A stretch of DNA of 64,000 bases from Macrostomum lignano. Taxonomy: Eukaryota. This document shows positions 12,563 through 24,300 of the stretch, one piece after another. The stretch's first letter is position 1. Each line of letters starts with the position of its first letter. The stretch spans positions 62,001 through 126,000 of the forward strand of contig NIVC01000665.1 of the NCBI GenBank assembly GCA_002269645.1, in the 5' to 3' direction. The position numbers and the translations under genes were made by a program. The notes below the pieces were generated by a model. That model did no database searches and had not been told where the DNA came from. It saw only the letters and a program-made list of their open reading frames with translations.

Positions 12563-13414
12563 GGCAAACAGTGCTAACACTACTGTTATAAGGTACGGTA
12601 CTCTGTTTTACTATATCTCTATACGTATAAAGGGGTCAACTAAGTTCATTTACCCTACCCCACCAAAGCTGAAAGCTTGGTTTCTGTTATCAAATAATTG
12701 CTAAATTAGGTAGCCAGGCTTAAAAGTAATATATTGAATGGTTTGTTTGCTTTTTTGGCTTGGTTGATAGTTTGAGGCGTTTGAATGAATCAGCTTTGCT
12801 TTCATTCAGGGCCAGCAATGCGGGGGTGGGAAAAGACACTGTGTCTTTTGAAAATCCCCATTAAGTCTAACGGCCCAATGGGTTAGTTAGTCAGAGGCCA
12901 GCCATAGAGTGGAGAGAATTTGAATTTCCTAGAAAGCAAGCAAGTTACGTTTCAGCGGACCAATGGCATCGGGGGGGGCAGAGACGGAGAGAGAAGGGTA
13001 TCTCGGGAATTTCCATCACACGCTCTCTATTTGCCTATATGTGCTCCATAAAACAGAAAAAGGAGAAGAAAGTCGTGTAAAATAGGGTGACGAATCCAAC
13101 GCACAGAAATAGGGTTGCGGGAATGTACAATTGTACATATAGCCCAGTGTACGCATCTTTCAAACTCCTACAAACGGGGGGGGAAGGGATTGTTAAAGTG
13201 GAGAGGAGAGAAAAGGCAGTCTACTAAATAGCATGGTTTGTGCTGGGGAGAGTTGCCTGTATTCTATTCGGTTTCACAAGATAACAGTTTGAATTAAAAT
13301 TAGGCCATAGTTTCCCCACTTTAAAAAACGAACCGACCAATAAAATTAGGCATCTAAAATCCCTAACAAAGTAAGGAAATTATTAAGCTGAAAATAGTTA
13401 AGAAAATCAATAAA

Positions 13415-13591
13415 ATGGCAGAGAAAGATCGTAACGATGGAGACAAGCCAAGGAATGCATCTAATAGTGCCGACACTGCCGACGAGAAATTATTAAAAAA
13501 TTCTCGCGGCTCCGCTGAAGAGGCAACGGACGAGAGTGATGGACCAGCCACTCCGGTGCATCCGGGGTATGTTGCTGGCGCTATTTATCAG
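13415..13591 (+). CDS. Probable first coding exon of the SLC6 gene (hydrophilic N-terminal tail MAEKDRNDGDKP...GAIYQ)
   Basis: ATG in an A-rich context, 59 open codons, strong donor CAG|gtaagc, phase 0 matching the acceptor at 21056. No homology motif, so the linkage to SLC6 is inferred. Confidence 0.45.
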
Positions 13592-13656
13592 GTAAGCATT
13601 AAAAAGCCCATTGGATTTGCATCGTATTGTCATCTCTGATTTATTTATAAAATTAC

Positions 13657-13833
13657 CAGTGGTGCAGCCAAGGGGGGCCGGGGGGCCTGCCCCCTGAAAT
13701 TCGCCCCCCAAAATTCCGGAGAAAAAATACCCCTCCCCCTGAAATTCTGGAGAAAAAATACCCCTCCCCCTATACCCCTCCTCCGGGTGCTGAATGGGCC
13801 CTCTTGCGAAATAAATTCCTGGCTGCGTCACTG
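13657..13833. mobile_element. hAT-like MITE
   Basis: TIR CAGTGGTGCAGCCAAGG / CCTGGCTGCGTCACTG; 8-bp TSD AAAATTAC / AAAATGAC (7 of 8 match). Confidence 0.75.
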
Positions 13834-16814
13834 AAAATGACGGTATAAAACAAAACATTTTCTAAACTAAACGTTAACTGTTCGTCATAGTTCGTGAGAA
13901 ATATGAAAATGCGAAGTTAAAAACACGGGCTTCGGGCTTGTAAGTAAGCTTGTTCTTTAATCTTTAACTCGCTTTAACTAGCTTTAGTCTCTGCAAAGAA
14001 GACTAATGTGGAATTTGACATTTTCAAGTTCATTTTTTTAATTTAGCTGGGAAACAAAAATTTTGCGCAGTTTACGAGCGTAATTTCTACGTAACAGCCG
14101 GTCTGGATCTGGGAGGGTGCACTTGCATCGTATAAAATATATAGGATTAATAGCTATCTGAGCTGAGTTTAGTGCAAGTGAAATAAATGGCTTGATCTGA
14201 TCCTAGTGTGACGAAATACGACCAGCGGCAGCACTCTTTCATAGTCTAGAAAATTTCCTAAGGCTAGGACTAGGAACCCTGTGATCCTACCTCCCCATGC
14301 CTGGGATACGAGACGCGCATAATACACTGTCCTGTGTTGTGCTGATAGTTAGGTTGAAATTTACTAACTAGCACTATCTATTGCACTACTACACTAACTA
14401 GGCCTTACACTGATGCTGAGCCGAGCTAACTCGCCTAACTGATTAAATTTAGATGGACGAAGCGCGCACATATAAGGCTTCCATTTTCCAGTAGCTGAGC
14501 TTCAGCTTAGACGAAAAAAGACGGACGTAAAGTTGAAGGCCGCTCTAATATAAATTCATCTTAATTTAAAGCTCAGCTTAGCTAACAAAGTATTACCAGG
14601 ACCTATCACTGTAGTATGGAAGTATTAGTGTTATTAGATTAGATTGGATTGGACAGATAGAAATGCTCTTTGCTGTTATTGCACGCTAAACTAGCTCATA
14701 TTAAGTTTTGACAAAAATGGCACAGCGGATTTAATTGACGCTTAAGTTTAAAATAGACGGTGGATAATTAGTGGTAGAAGGTAAACTATCGATCTATTAT
14801 AAAGTGCTTATTGTTTTACTTCTACCCCTTCCTTATCTATTCTGATAGAAGATAGTAGATTAGATTAGGGCTAAGACGGACCGGACCATAGGCGTAAACA
14901 ACAAGATTTTTTATAGCCACTGTCTGGACAAATGGCTTCGTCTATTGAGTATTGTGTTTGCAAGACGCGGCTTGATCGGTTCACTTTAGCTTTGATTATT
15001 TAAGTGGCCCAGGATTGGGCGAAGTGGTTCGGACTTGTCTGGCGGATTGGCTGGCAATAAAACATGGACTTGACCCCCCCCCGCTTGGCCCAGCCCTAAC
15101 CAAATTCTTGTTCCAAGTTCAAGTCTGACGACATTGTACAGTCATTCAGTTAATCCCGCGTCCTCATTGTGTCGTTTGTTGGTATTCTCTTAAAGCCACA
15201 CGCTCGTACATATATACATGTAACAAGGAAAGTTTTATTGATTTTTCACACTATAATGGTAAAAATTAGCTCGCGGGGAGGACTAGAGGAAGTCCCTCAC
15301 TGGGCGTTTCGTAGATTTTCCTACCCTGTAATACAAATTGTTCTTAGCCACGCTTCTATGAAACCAGATTCAAGAAGGGCCACTAAGGATTTATAAGTGA
15401 ATGCGAGTTGTTCACTATAGGAGAGAAATTGGACTACACTTACGAAGGATTGGCTTTAAAAGAAGCAGGGAGGATCTACTCTCAGTCACTCGGTGTCTGC
15501 TCTAGAAATTTAGAGTCCAGACTCCAGACTACAGACGACAGGACAACATTGGACAATTTTATACAGAAAAAGACAAGAACGAGTCGAACGACATAGAAAA
15601 TGGAAGTTGAGTTATCTATCGTTTGCACCAAAAGTACCAAAAGGACCAGAAGACGCGGGCCGGTGCGACAAAATATTATAATTATGGTAACTTCAACTCC
15701 AGTTCTAAGTATTTATATTGTTTAATTTAACACTGTAACTTTTATAAGCTACGTTATTTTGTAAATGTGTTGGTGTTGATCGGACGCTAATACTGAAACT
15801 TATTGTACTATTAATCAACAAGGCAATTCCTAATCCTGTTCTATTCTGAGTCCCCAGTTCCTGACTCCTCTGACTGCCCAACCTAGCACATATAGCACTG
15901 GTCTAACAATGCTCCTAATCCTTAACAATATTGAGATTGAGTTTAGCCTATCTCTCTCCTAGTCTGAGCTTAGCCTGTACCTTTAGTTATTGATTGACAA
16001 TGACATTAAGTCAAGGCTAATCCCAGGTATTTTCCTTATCGTTATCTGTCGGCTTCCTACATTGAATCTTCTTAATCTTAACCTCACGGGAAAAATGAAG
16101 CTATGTTGATGCATAGCATAGAGCCTTGTATAAATAAAGACAGTCTATAACTAACATTAAGCATAACACTAGCATTGCTTTGGTTGAGTGTAAATGAGAT
16201 GTCACTTTTGCTATACTTAGTCTTGTACAATATATTCGCCATCATTACTTTGGAGCTTATTACTGTAGATTATCCGGACAAGATGCCCCAATATGGCAGC
16301 CAGTGAAGCCAACGTATACGCTTGGCTGATTGACAAGAAAAGAATTTCAGAGCTTCAACCTCAATATCCAGTTGCCTGTGCGAATTCCTTATATTCCTCA
16401 TTTCCCACCCAGCTATTCCCGCCAACACCAATACGGCCTCTTCTCTTACCCCACCCCCTTCTCCAGAGCATACTGCCACTGTATCCCTATCCCAATCACC
16501 CCCTCCCCTGCTTAACTGTGTCCCAGTCTACAGTCACTTGCATCTCAGCAGCATCCCATGGGATGGAGATAGATAGAACAGAATAGCAACTATAGTGCTC
16601 TCTGCTCGCTCTGCCCCGAGTTCGTGTCTGATAGACTATAATCTATGTATATAGCCAATGCCAAGGAGGCCTAGAGTCAGAACCTGGAGCAGTAACTTTC
16701 CCCAAACTCCAATATCAGACAACTGTAGGCTGACTGCAGTTCAGTTTGCACACAACACAATGGATTGGAGAGTTTCTGCGTTATATTTTACTATCTTATA
16801 TACAAAAATGAGCC

Positions 16815-17110
16815 TTGGCATCTCATCCATTCCCCCCCCCCCCCAAGCCTTGATATCTCCACAATTCCCCCCAAGACTAGACATCTCAGCAATCCCCCCC
16901 AAGACTTGACATCTCAGCAATTCCCCCCCCCCCCCAAGACTTGACATCTCAGTAATTTGTAAGCCTGGTATCTCAGCAATCCCCCCAAGCTTTTACATCT
17001 CAGCAGTTCCCAAGACTTTACATCTCAGCAATCCCCCCCCAAGACTTGACATCTCAGCAATTCCCCCAAGCCTGACATCTCAGCAATTCCCCCGTAAGCC
17101 TTGACATCTA
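16815..17110. repeat. ~27-30-bp minisatellite with variable poly-C
   Basis: TTGACATCTCAGCAATTCCCCC(n)AAG repeated ~9 times. Confidence 0.85.
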
Positions 17111-17465
17111 AAAAATTCTTGGATATAATTACACAAGAATATGACGATTCTTTGCGTAAATCCGTTGCACTAACACACCGCGAACATTACGTTATGCAAT
17201 GATTTAAACAAAAAGAAATGGCTCGTCCCGTTCTGATCAATAGTGCTCGCTAGGGATCGTAATCCCTAAATTAGGAACACTAGTGACTGATATGTTGAAT
17301 GCACACAAGTACTGTACACATAGCGTGAGGGCGTGCCGGCGTGAGCTTTTATAGCTTTTTGAACTCAAATCATGAGCATGTCAAATCGTTTTGGCATGCC
17401 ACGTTGCCCTTCTTTTGCGAGTTACAAAATAAATATATGCATGATGCTCGACGGCATAACAAGTA

Positions 17466-17736
17466 GTCATACATGCGATACCCCCTGATTTACACTGGCC
17501 GTGCGACTTAATTTTTGACCAAAAATGCGACTTACCTGTGAAAGAAAACCCTAAAGCAAAAAATTAACGCAATTTTGGGTAAACGGCAAGAGTAACCATG
17601 ACTGTCTTATCAAGACCAAATGCGTCGTCATCTACTTAGTACTACGTCTATTTTTTTGAGTGGGCACTTTTGCGACTTACCTTGGCTGTGCCCCTCGCCA
17701 GCCTGTCGGGTAGGCCGAGTGTTGCGCATGTATGAC
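17466..17736. mobile_element. Short TIR element, possibly related to the CATG...GTTGCGCATG MITE family
   Basis: GTCATACATGCG ... CGCATGTATGAC 12-bp inverted ends; internal TGCGACTTA repeats shared with the palindromic MITE arms. Confidence 0.45.
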
Positions 17737-19204
17737 AAGTCGTGAACCTCAGCCGAACCAGGTTGTCTCCAACTTCTTACTACGGCATGACAACTAGTTT
17801 GAATAAAAGCCCAATAATATCTTTCTTTTAGTACTTCTGCGAAGCAAAATAAAATTTACTAGCATGCATTTAGCCTTTTTTCAGATTTAATCAGACTTTA
17901 AAATGCGACAAAATTTACAAGAATTGGTTTAACATTAGTAAAATTTGGCTGAGAAATTTTCCCATCTTTTGTCTGCAAACTGAACAACTTCAGTCAGTCT
18001 AACGTATACCTGTTGCCTGACGTTGAGTTTGGGGAAGGCTTGCTGCTCCAGGGTTCTGGCTATATAGGCCTCTATACAACATATAGACTATAGTGCTTCT
18101 CGAAACATGTTTATTTGACAAAAATCCTCCTGACTTCTTGTTCGCCCTTGCATGCAGAATGGAGATAACAGGCATATGGGGCATTAGTGTGCAGAAAGAA
18201 TGCACGTCAGAGATAAGGGCGTAACATACTAACAAATCAATATTGATGCAGAATTTATTTGATTTGAAGGCTCGAATCTGCATTGAGAACATTGAGAGCT
18301 CTATATTAACAGTTACAAAAGATTAATTACAGTTTTACCTGCGTGGGGATTAATAATTTTTATTAATAATAGATTTTTGGCATGAATCGCGTGCATCTAC
18401 ATGTATGGAGCAGAGCACTCGATCAGTCTGTTTATTCGCGTGCAAGACTGTAATATCCTGGTGAATGACAGGGATATTGTTAGATTGCTATTTTCTATAC
18501 GATAAACATCCTTATGCAACACACTTTCAATGGAATAATAAGGTTTCGATCTAGTCGTCATGCATATCTGTGCCTCGGGGCAGACTTCCTATATTATATA
18601 TAGCTTGAAATGATAGTATTCTATAAGACAGACCTGATGCTTGCGATATCATTCGCGTCATGACACGAGCGTAACGATATGAAGAACCGGCTTATACATT
18701 ATTTCCTGCTTCCTCTTTTGCCTAGCTTGCTTGCTTGGCCAGGTAAAGAGAGAGAGAGAAGTAGGAAGAAGAACAAATATGAATTATTAGGACCTGTGAG
18801 GGGGATTTGGGGAAGGCCGCAAAGGATTAGAAAGCGCTTGGATGGATGGATAGACCGGACTGCAGGATGAAAAACTACGTGCTGCAGAAGGAGCTTTGAA
18901 GCAGACTAAGGGCGATCAGAACGGCGGAGTAACGATTATTCTCCTGCAGTCTCCCCGCCTCCTCCATTGCCGGCTCTTCATTTTCTTCTGCAGCAGCAGC
19001 AGAAGCAATTACGTTTCTTTCTCCTACCTTGACAGCCAAGACTGTCCAATTTTTTATAGTATGGAGTTGAGCTATGAAAGCCCTGCGCAGCTCTTCTCTA
19101 AATGATTACTGCCTGGCTGTACTCAAGTGGCCAAGACACTCGGCGCGCTAGTCCAAAGCGTCACGCACTGACAGAGAACACAGTGATTGACTGACACATG
19201 CAAA

Positions 19205-20535
19205 GCACACTATAGTTAGCCCAGAGCAGCACAGGCTTAGCACACTATTTAGTCCAGAAACAGATAGCACACTATTTAGCCCAGAACAGCACAGGCTTAG
19301 CACACTATTTAGTCCAGAAACAGAGCACACTAGTTAGCCCAGAAACAGATAGCACACTAGTTAGCCCAGAAACAGCACACAGATAGCACACTAGTTAGCC
19401 CAGAAACAGCACACAGATAGCACACTAGTTAGCCCAGAAACAGCACACAGATAGCACACTAGTTAGCCCAGGACAGCACACAGATAGCACACTAGTTAGC
19501 CCAGAAACAGATAGCACACAGATAGCACACTAGTTAGCCCAGAAACAGATAGCACACAGATAGCACACTAGTTAGCCCAGAAACAGATAGCACACAGATA
19601 GCACACTAGTTAGCCCAGAAACAGATAGCACACAGATAGCACACTAGTTAGCCCAGAAACAGATAGCACACAGATAGCACACTAGTTAGCCCAGAACAGC
19701 ACACAGATAGCACACTAGTTAGCCCAGGACAGCACACAGATAGCACACTAGTTAGCCCAGAAACAGATAGCACACAGATAGCACACTAGTTAGCCCAGAA
19801 ACAGATAGCACACAGATAGCACACTAGTTAGCCCAGAAACAGATAGCACACAGATAGCACACTAGTTAGCCCAGAAACAGATAGCACACAGATAGCACAC
19901 TAGTTAGCCCAGAACAGCACACAGATAGCACACTAGTTAGCCCAGGACAGCACACAGATAGCACACTAGTTAGCCCAGAAACAGATAGCACACTAGTTAG
20001 CCCAGAACAGCACACAGATAGCACACTAGTTAGCCCAGAACAGCACACAGATAGCACACTAGTTAGCCCAGAACAGCACACAGATAGCACACTAGTTAGC
20101 CCAGAAACAGATAGCACACTAGTTAGCCCAGAACAGCACACAGATAGCACACTAGTTAGCCCAGAAACAGATAGCACACTAGTTAGCCCAGAACAGCACA
20201 CAGATAGCACACTAGTTAGCCCAGAAACAGATAGCACACTAGTTAGCCCAGAACAGCACACAGATAGCACACTAGTTAGCCCAGAACAGCACACAGATAG
20301 CACACTAGTTAGCCCAGAACAGCACACAGATAGCACACTAGTTAGCCCAGGACAGCACACAGATAGCACACTAGTTAGCCCAGAACAGCACACAGATAGC
20401 ACACTAGTTAGCCCAGAACAGCACACAGATAGCACACTAGTTAGCCCAGAAACAGATAGCACACTAGTTAGCCCAGGACAGCACACAGATAGCACACTAG
20501 TTAGCCCAAGACAGCACACAGCGCACTAGTTAGCA
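19205..20535. repeat. ~26-38-bp modular minisatellite
   Basis: GCACACTAGTTAGCCCAGAA(AC)AG(ATAG)CACACAGATA units; source of ORF 19866-20519. Confidence 0.93.
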
Positions 20536-21055
20536 CGATAATTTCACCAGCTTTGCTGCCCAAGGTATGAGGGAAAAATAAAGCAGAAGTTAATATTAAG
20601 AGGTACTCGACTCGAGGGGCAGAGAGCCAAAGTACGAAGCCCTTTAGGGGATGGGGATCTCGATAAACAGGCGAGGGGGCGGAGCAAACCTATTTAGAGC
20701 TGCAGGAAGGAGTTCAGCGCGAATAAACCCCTGGGAGCCTGCAATCCAATTAATGCTTTAATGTCTAACTTTAATTATGCATATACAAAAGCTATAAATA
20801 TACGCAAAAAGCCCAAGGGCTTAACCTTCCCCCATAGTTCTGCTACCCAGATAATTTTAGCTTATTCTGTCCATACACTGGCTATAAGCTGAGATTATCT
20901 AAATAAAATATTTAGACGTAGGAGGGAGATGCCAGACCCCAAGCCTAGCACCTCAAACTTAGTATGGAGATACCAGACTCGGATCCCTGCCTACACACTG
21001 AGGAGGTACATACCAGACCCAGTCCCATTATCCCAACTAAAACTCCATTTCCCAG

Positions 21056-21344
21056 AGTGACGAGAAAGTGTACAATCCAGAGGAGACTCAGCCATTCGCG
21101 GTCGCCAACCAAGAGCTGGGACCTGTCGCAGCCGCGGCGGCCGCCGCCGCTATGGCGACCTCAAACTCGAACGCCGCCGATCCCCAGTCGAACGTTGAAG
21201 CCGGCGATTTGCCAGTTGATGCAGCCCAGCAGGGACGAGCAGCCTGGGGCGGCAAGGTGGAGTTCTTCCTCACCGCCATTGGTTACGCCGTTGGCTTGGG
21301 AAACGTGTGGCGATTTCCCTACCTGTGCTACAAGAATGGCGGAG
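21056..21344 (+). CDS. SLC6: SLC6 exon with TM1 ([14 protein letters not shown])
   Basis: Acceptor ttcccag|AGT (the 5' boundary could alternatively be an ATG at 21152); donor GGAG|gtgagg, phase 1. Confidence 0.88.
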
Positions 21345-24300
21345 GTGAGGCTGGGATTAAAATCCATGGGAACTGGGAACTGATTCTTCCCAGACACCCT
21401 GATCCCAAATCCCACTGACGTCCCTGATACCCTGATCCCAAATCCCACTGATTCTTCCCAGACACCCTGATCCCAAATCTCACTGACTTCCCTGATACCC
21501 TGGTCCCAAATCCCACTGACTCTTCCCATACACCCTGATCCCAAATCCCACTGATTCTTCCCAGACACCCTGATCCCAAATCTCACTGACTTCCCTGATA
21601 CCCTGGTCCCAAATCCCACTGACTCTTCCCATACACCCTGATCCCAAATCCCACTGACTTCCCTGATACCCTGGTCCCAAATCCCACTGATTCTTCCCAG
21701 ACACCCTGATCCCAAATCTCACTGACTTCCCTGATACCCTGGTCCCAAATCCCACTGACTCTTCCCATACACCCTGATCCCAAATCCCACTGACTCTTCC
21801 CATACACCCTGATCCCAAATCCCACTGACTCTTTCCAGACACCCTGATCCCAAATCTCACTGACTTCCCTGATACCGTGGTCCCAAATCCCACTGACTCT
21901 TCCCATACACCCTGATCCCAAATCCCACTGACTCTTCCCATACACCCTGATCCCAAATCCCACTGACTCTTTCCAGACACCCTGATCCCAAATCTCACTG
22001 ACTCTTCCCAGACACCCTGATCCCAAATCTCACTGACTCTTCCCAGACACCCTGATCTTAAATCCCACTGACTCTTCCAGATCCCAAATCCCATGGACAC
22101 GCTCTAGATCTCAAGATCCCAAATCCTGCACTGACTCTTCCTAGCTACCCAGAACCGAAATCCCATAGACACGCTCTAGATTCTAAAATCCCAAATCCCA
22201 CTGACTCTTCCCCGATATCTCAGATATATACAATATTTTCCCAGCATCCCACTCTGATAAATCTAAAACTTGCTCAATTTTCGCCAGAAAACCGCCCCTT
22301 AAAGTCAAACGCCCCATCTGTTAACCGCAGGAGCCTTCCTCCTGCCCTACTGCCTCATGCTGGCCCTGGTCGGCCTGCCCTGCTTCTTTCTGGAGCTCAG
22401 CTTCGGCCAGTTCGCCAGCCTCGGCCCGCTGACCATCTGGCGGGTCAGCCCGCTGTTTAAAGGTGAGTGGCCGGGGTTAGAGAGCGGAAGCGCACGAAGT
22501 GTAGAGCACGGAGAGAGGAGTTCATGTCGAGGGCAAGAAGGTGAATAGCGGATAGTGGAGAGTGGATTAGAGAGTAGGTAGCGGATAGTGGAGAGTGGAT
22601 TAGAGAGTAGGTAGCGGATAGTGGAGAGTGGATTAGAGAGTAGGTAGCGGATAGTGGAGAGTTGATTAGAGAGTAGGTAGTGGATAGTGGAGAGCGGATT
22701 AGAGAGTAGGTAGCGGATAGTGGAGAGTGGATTAGAGAGTAGGTAGCGGATAGTGGAGAGCTGATTAGAGAGTAGATGGTGGATAGTGGAGATTCGAAGA
22801 GCTGATTAGAGAGTAGATGGTGGATAGTGGAGATTCGAAGAGCTGATTAGAGAGTAGATAGTGGATAGTGGAGATTCGAAGAGCTGATTAGAGAGTAGAT
22901 GGTGGATAGTGGAGATTCGAAGAGCTGATTAGAGAGTAGATAGTGGATAGTGGAGATTCGAAGAGCTGATTAGAGAGTAGATAGCTCGATCCAGAATAAC
23001 CAGTGTTGATCCGTGGATTGAACGTGCAACAGCTCCGTGCAGTGCGTGATTGGGTTCCTGTTTTTATCCCAATTATTCAGAAAGTTCTGGAAGTTCAGAA
23101 AACTCTGGAAAAAATCTAATTCAAGTGAGGTTATAAAATAGAATAATAATGTGAGACAACAATGCATCGGTAATTTCTATTTTAAGTTTGTAATTAGCTT
23201 TGTAATCATCTAGGACAACGCATGTAAACTGTCTGCATCGTCTGACCTCTTTGTCCACTGGGACTGCATCCACCCTGCAAGAGCCACTTGGTTTTAAAAG
23301 TACACTTGAGTCCTCCGTCTCAGAAAGCCATTTTTTCATTAAAATTCACTTCAAATCATGGGTAAACGGCTGGAGTAGCTATTATTTAATTTTAAATAAA
23401 GAATCACCCCGTCATCTAATTAGTAACTTCGAAATGACTTAAATTATGTTTCCAGGCCTCGGCGTTGCTATGGTGATGGTATCACTGATCCTGTCCTCTT
23501 ACTACAACGTGATCGTGGCCCAGTGCCTGTTCTACTTGGTCCACAGTTTCCAGGCCAGACTGCCTTGGGAAAGTTGCGACGAGTCATGGCGGAGCGGCCT
23601 GTGCCGAGAGTACAGATCTCCGGGGGAGAGCGAAAATGCCACTGAGGCTATTAGCTACGGCGGAGCGTACTGGAACTTCACGGGGGAACTGGAGTGCTCG
23701 TGTGAGTGCTGGATTGGCTGCCTGGCTGCTGCGAAGCTATTAGGGGATTTCATGAAGCTATTAGGGGATTCCATAAAGCTATTAGGGGATTCCATGAAGG
23801 TTATTAGGAGATTCCATGAAGCTATTAGGAGATTCCATGAAGATATTAGGGGATTCCATGAAGCTATTCGGGGATTCCATGAAGATTATTAGGGGATTCC
23901 ATGAAGCTATTAGGAGATTCCATGAAGATATTAGGGGATTCCATGAAGATATTAGGGGATTCCATGAAGATATTAGGGGATTCCATGAAGCTATTCGGGG
24001 ATTCCATGAAGATTATTAGGGGATTCCATGAAGGTTATTAGGGGATTCCATAAAGCTATTATAGGATTTTATGAAGCTATTAGGGGATTTCATGAAGCTA
24101 TTAGGGGATTCCATGAAGCTGTTAGGAGATTCCATGAAGATATTAGGGGATTCCATGAAGCTATTATGGGATTCCATGAAGCTATTAGGGGATTCCATGA
24201 AGCTATTAGGGGATTCCATGAAGCTGTTAGGAGATTCCATGAAGCTGTTAGGAGATTCCATGAAGCTATTAGGGGATTCCATGAAGCTATTAGGAGATTC

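Noticed and set aside
14205-16206. Possible ~2-kb solo LTR (TGTGAC...GTCAC ends, AATAAA near the 3' end)
   Set aside because: The terminal CA is imperfect, there is no TSD, and there is no second copy or PBS in the window. Cannot be supported without a repeat-library search.
18896-19105. Additional SLC6 coding exon or alternative first exon
   Set aside because: No convincing acceptor/donor pair in a compatible phase and no homology.
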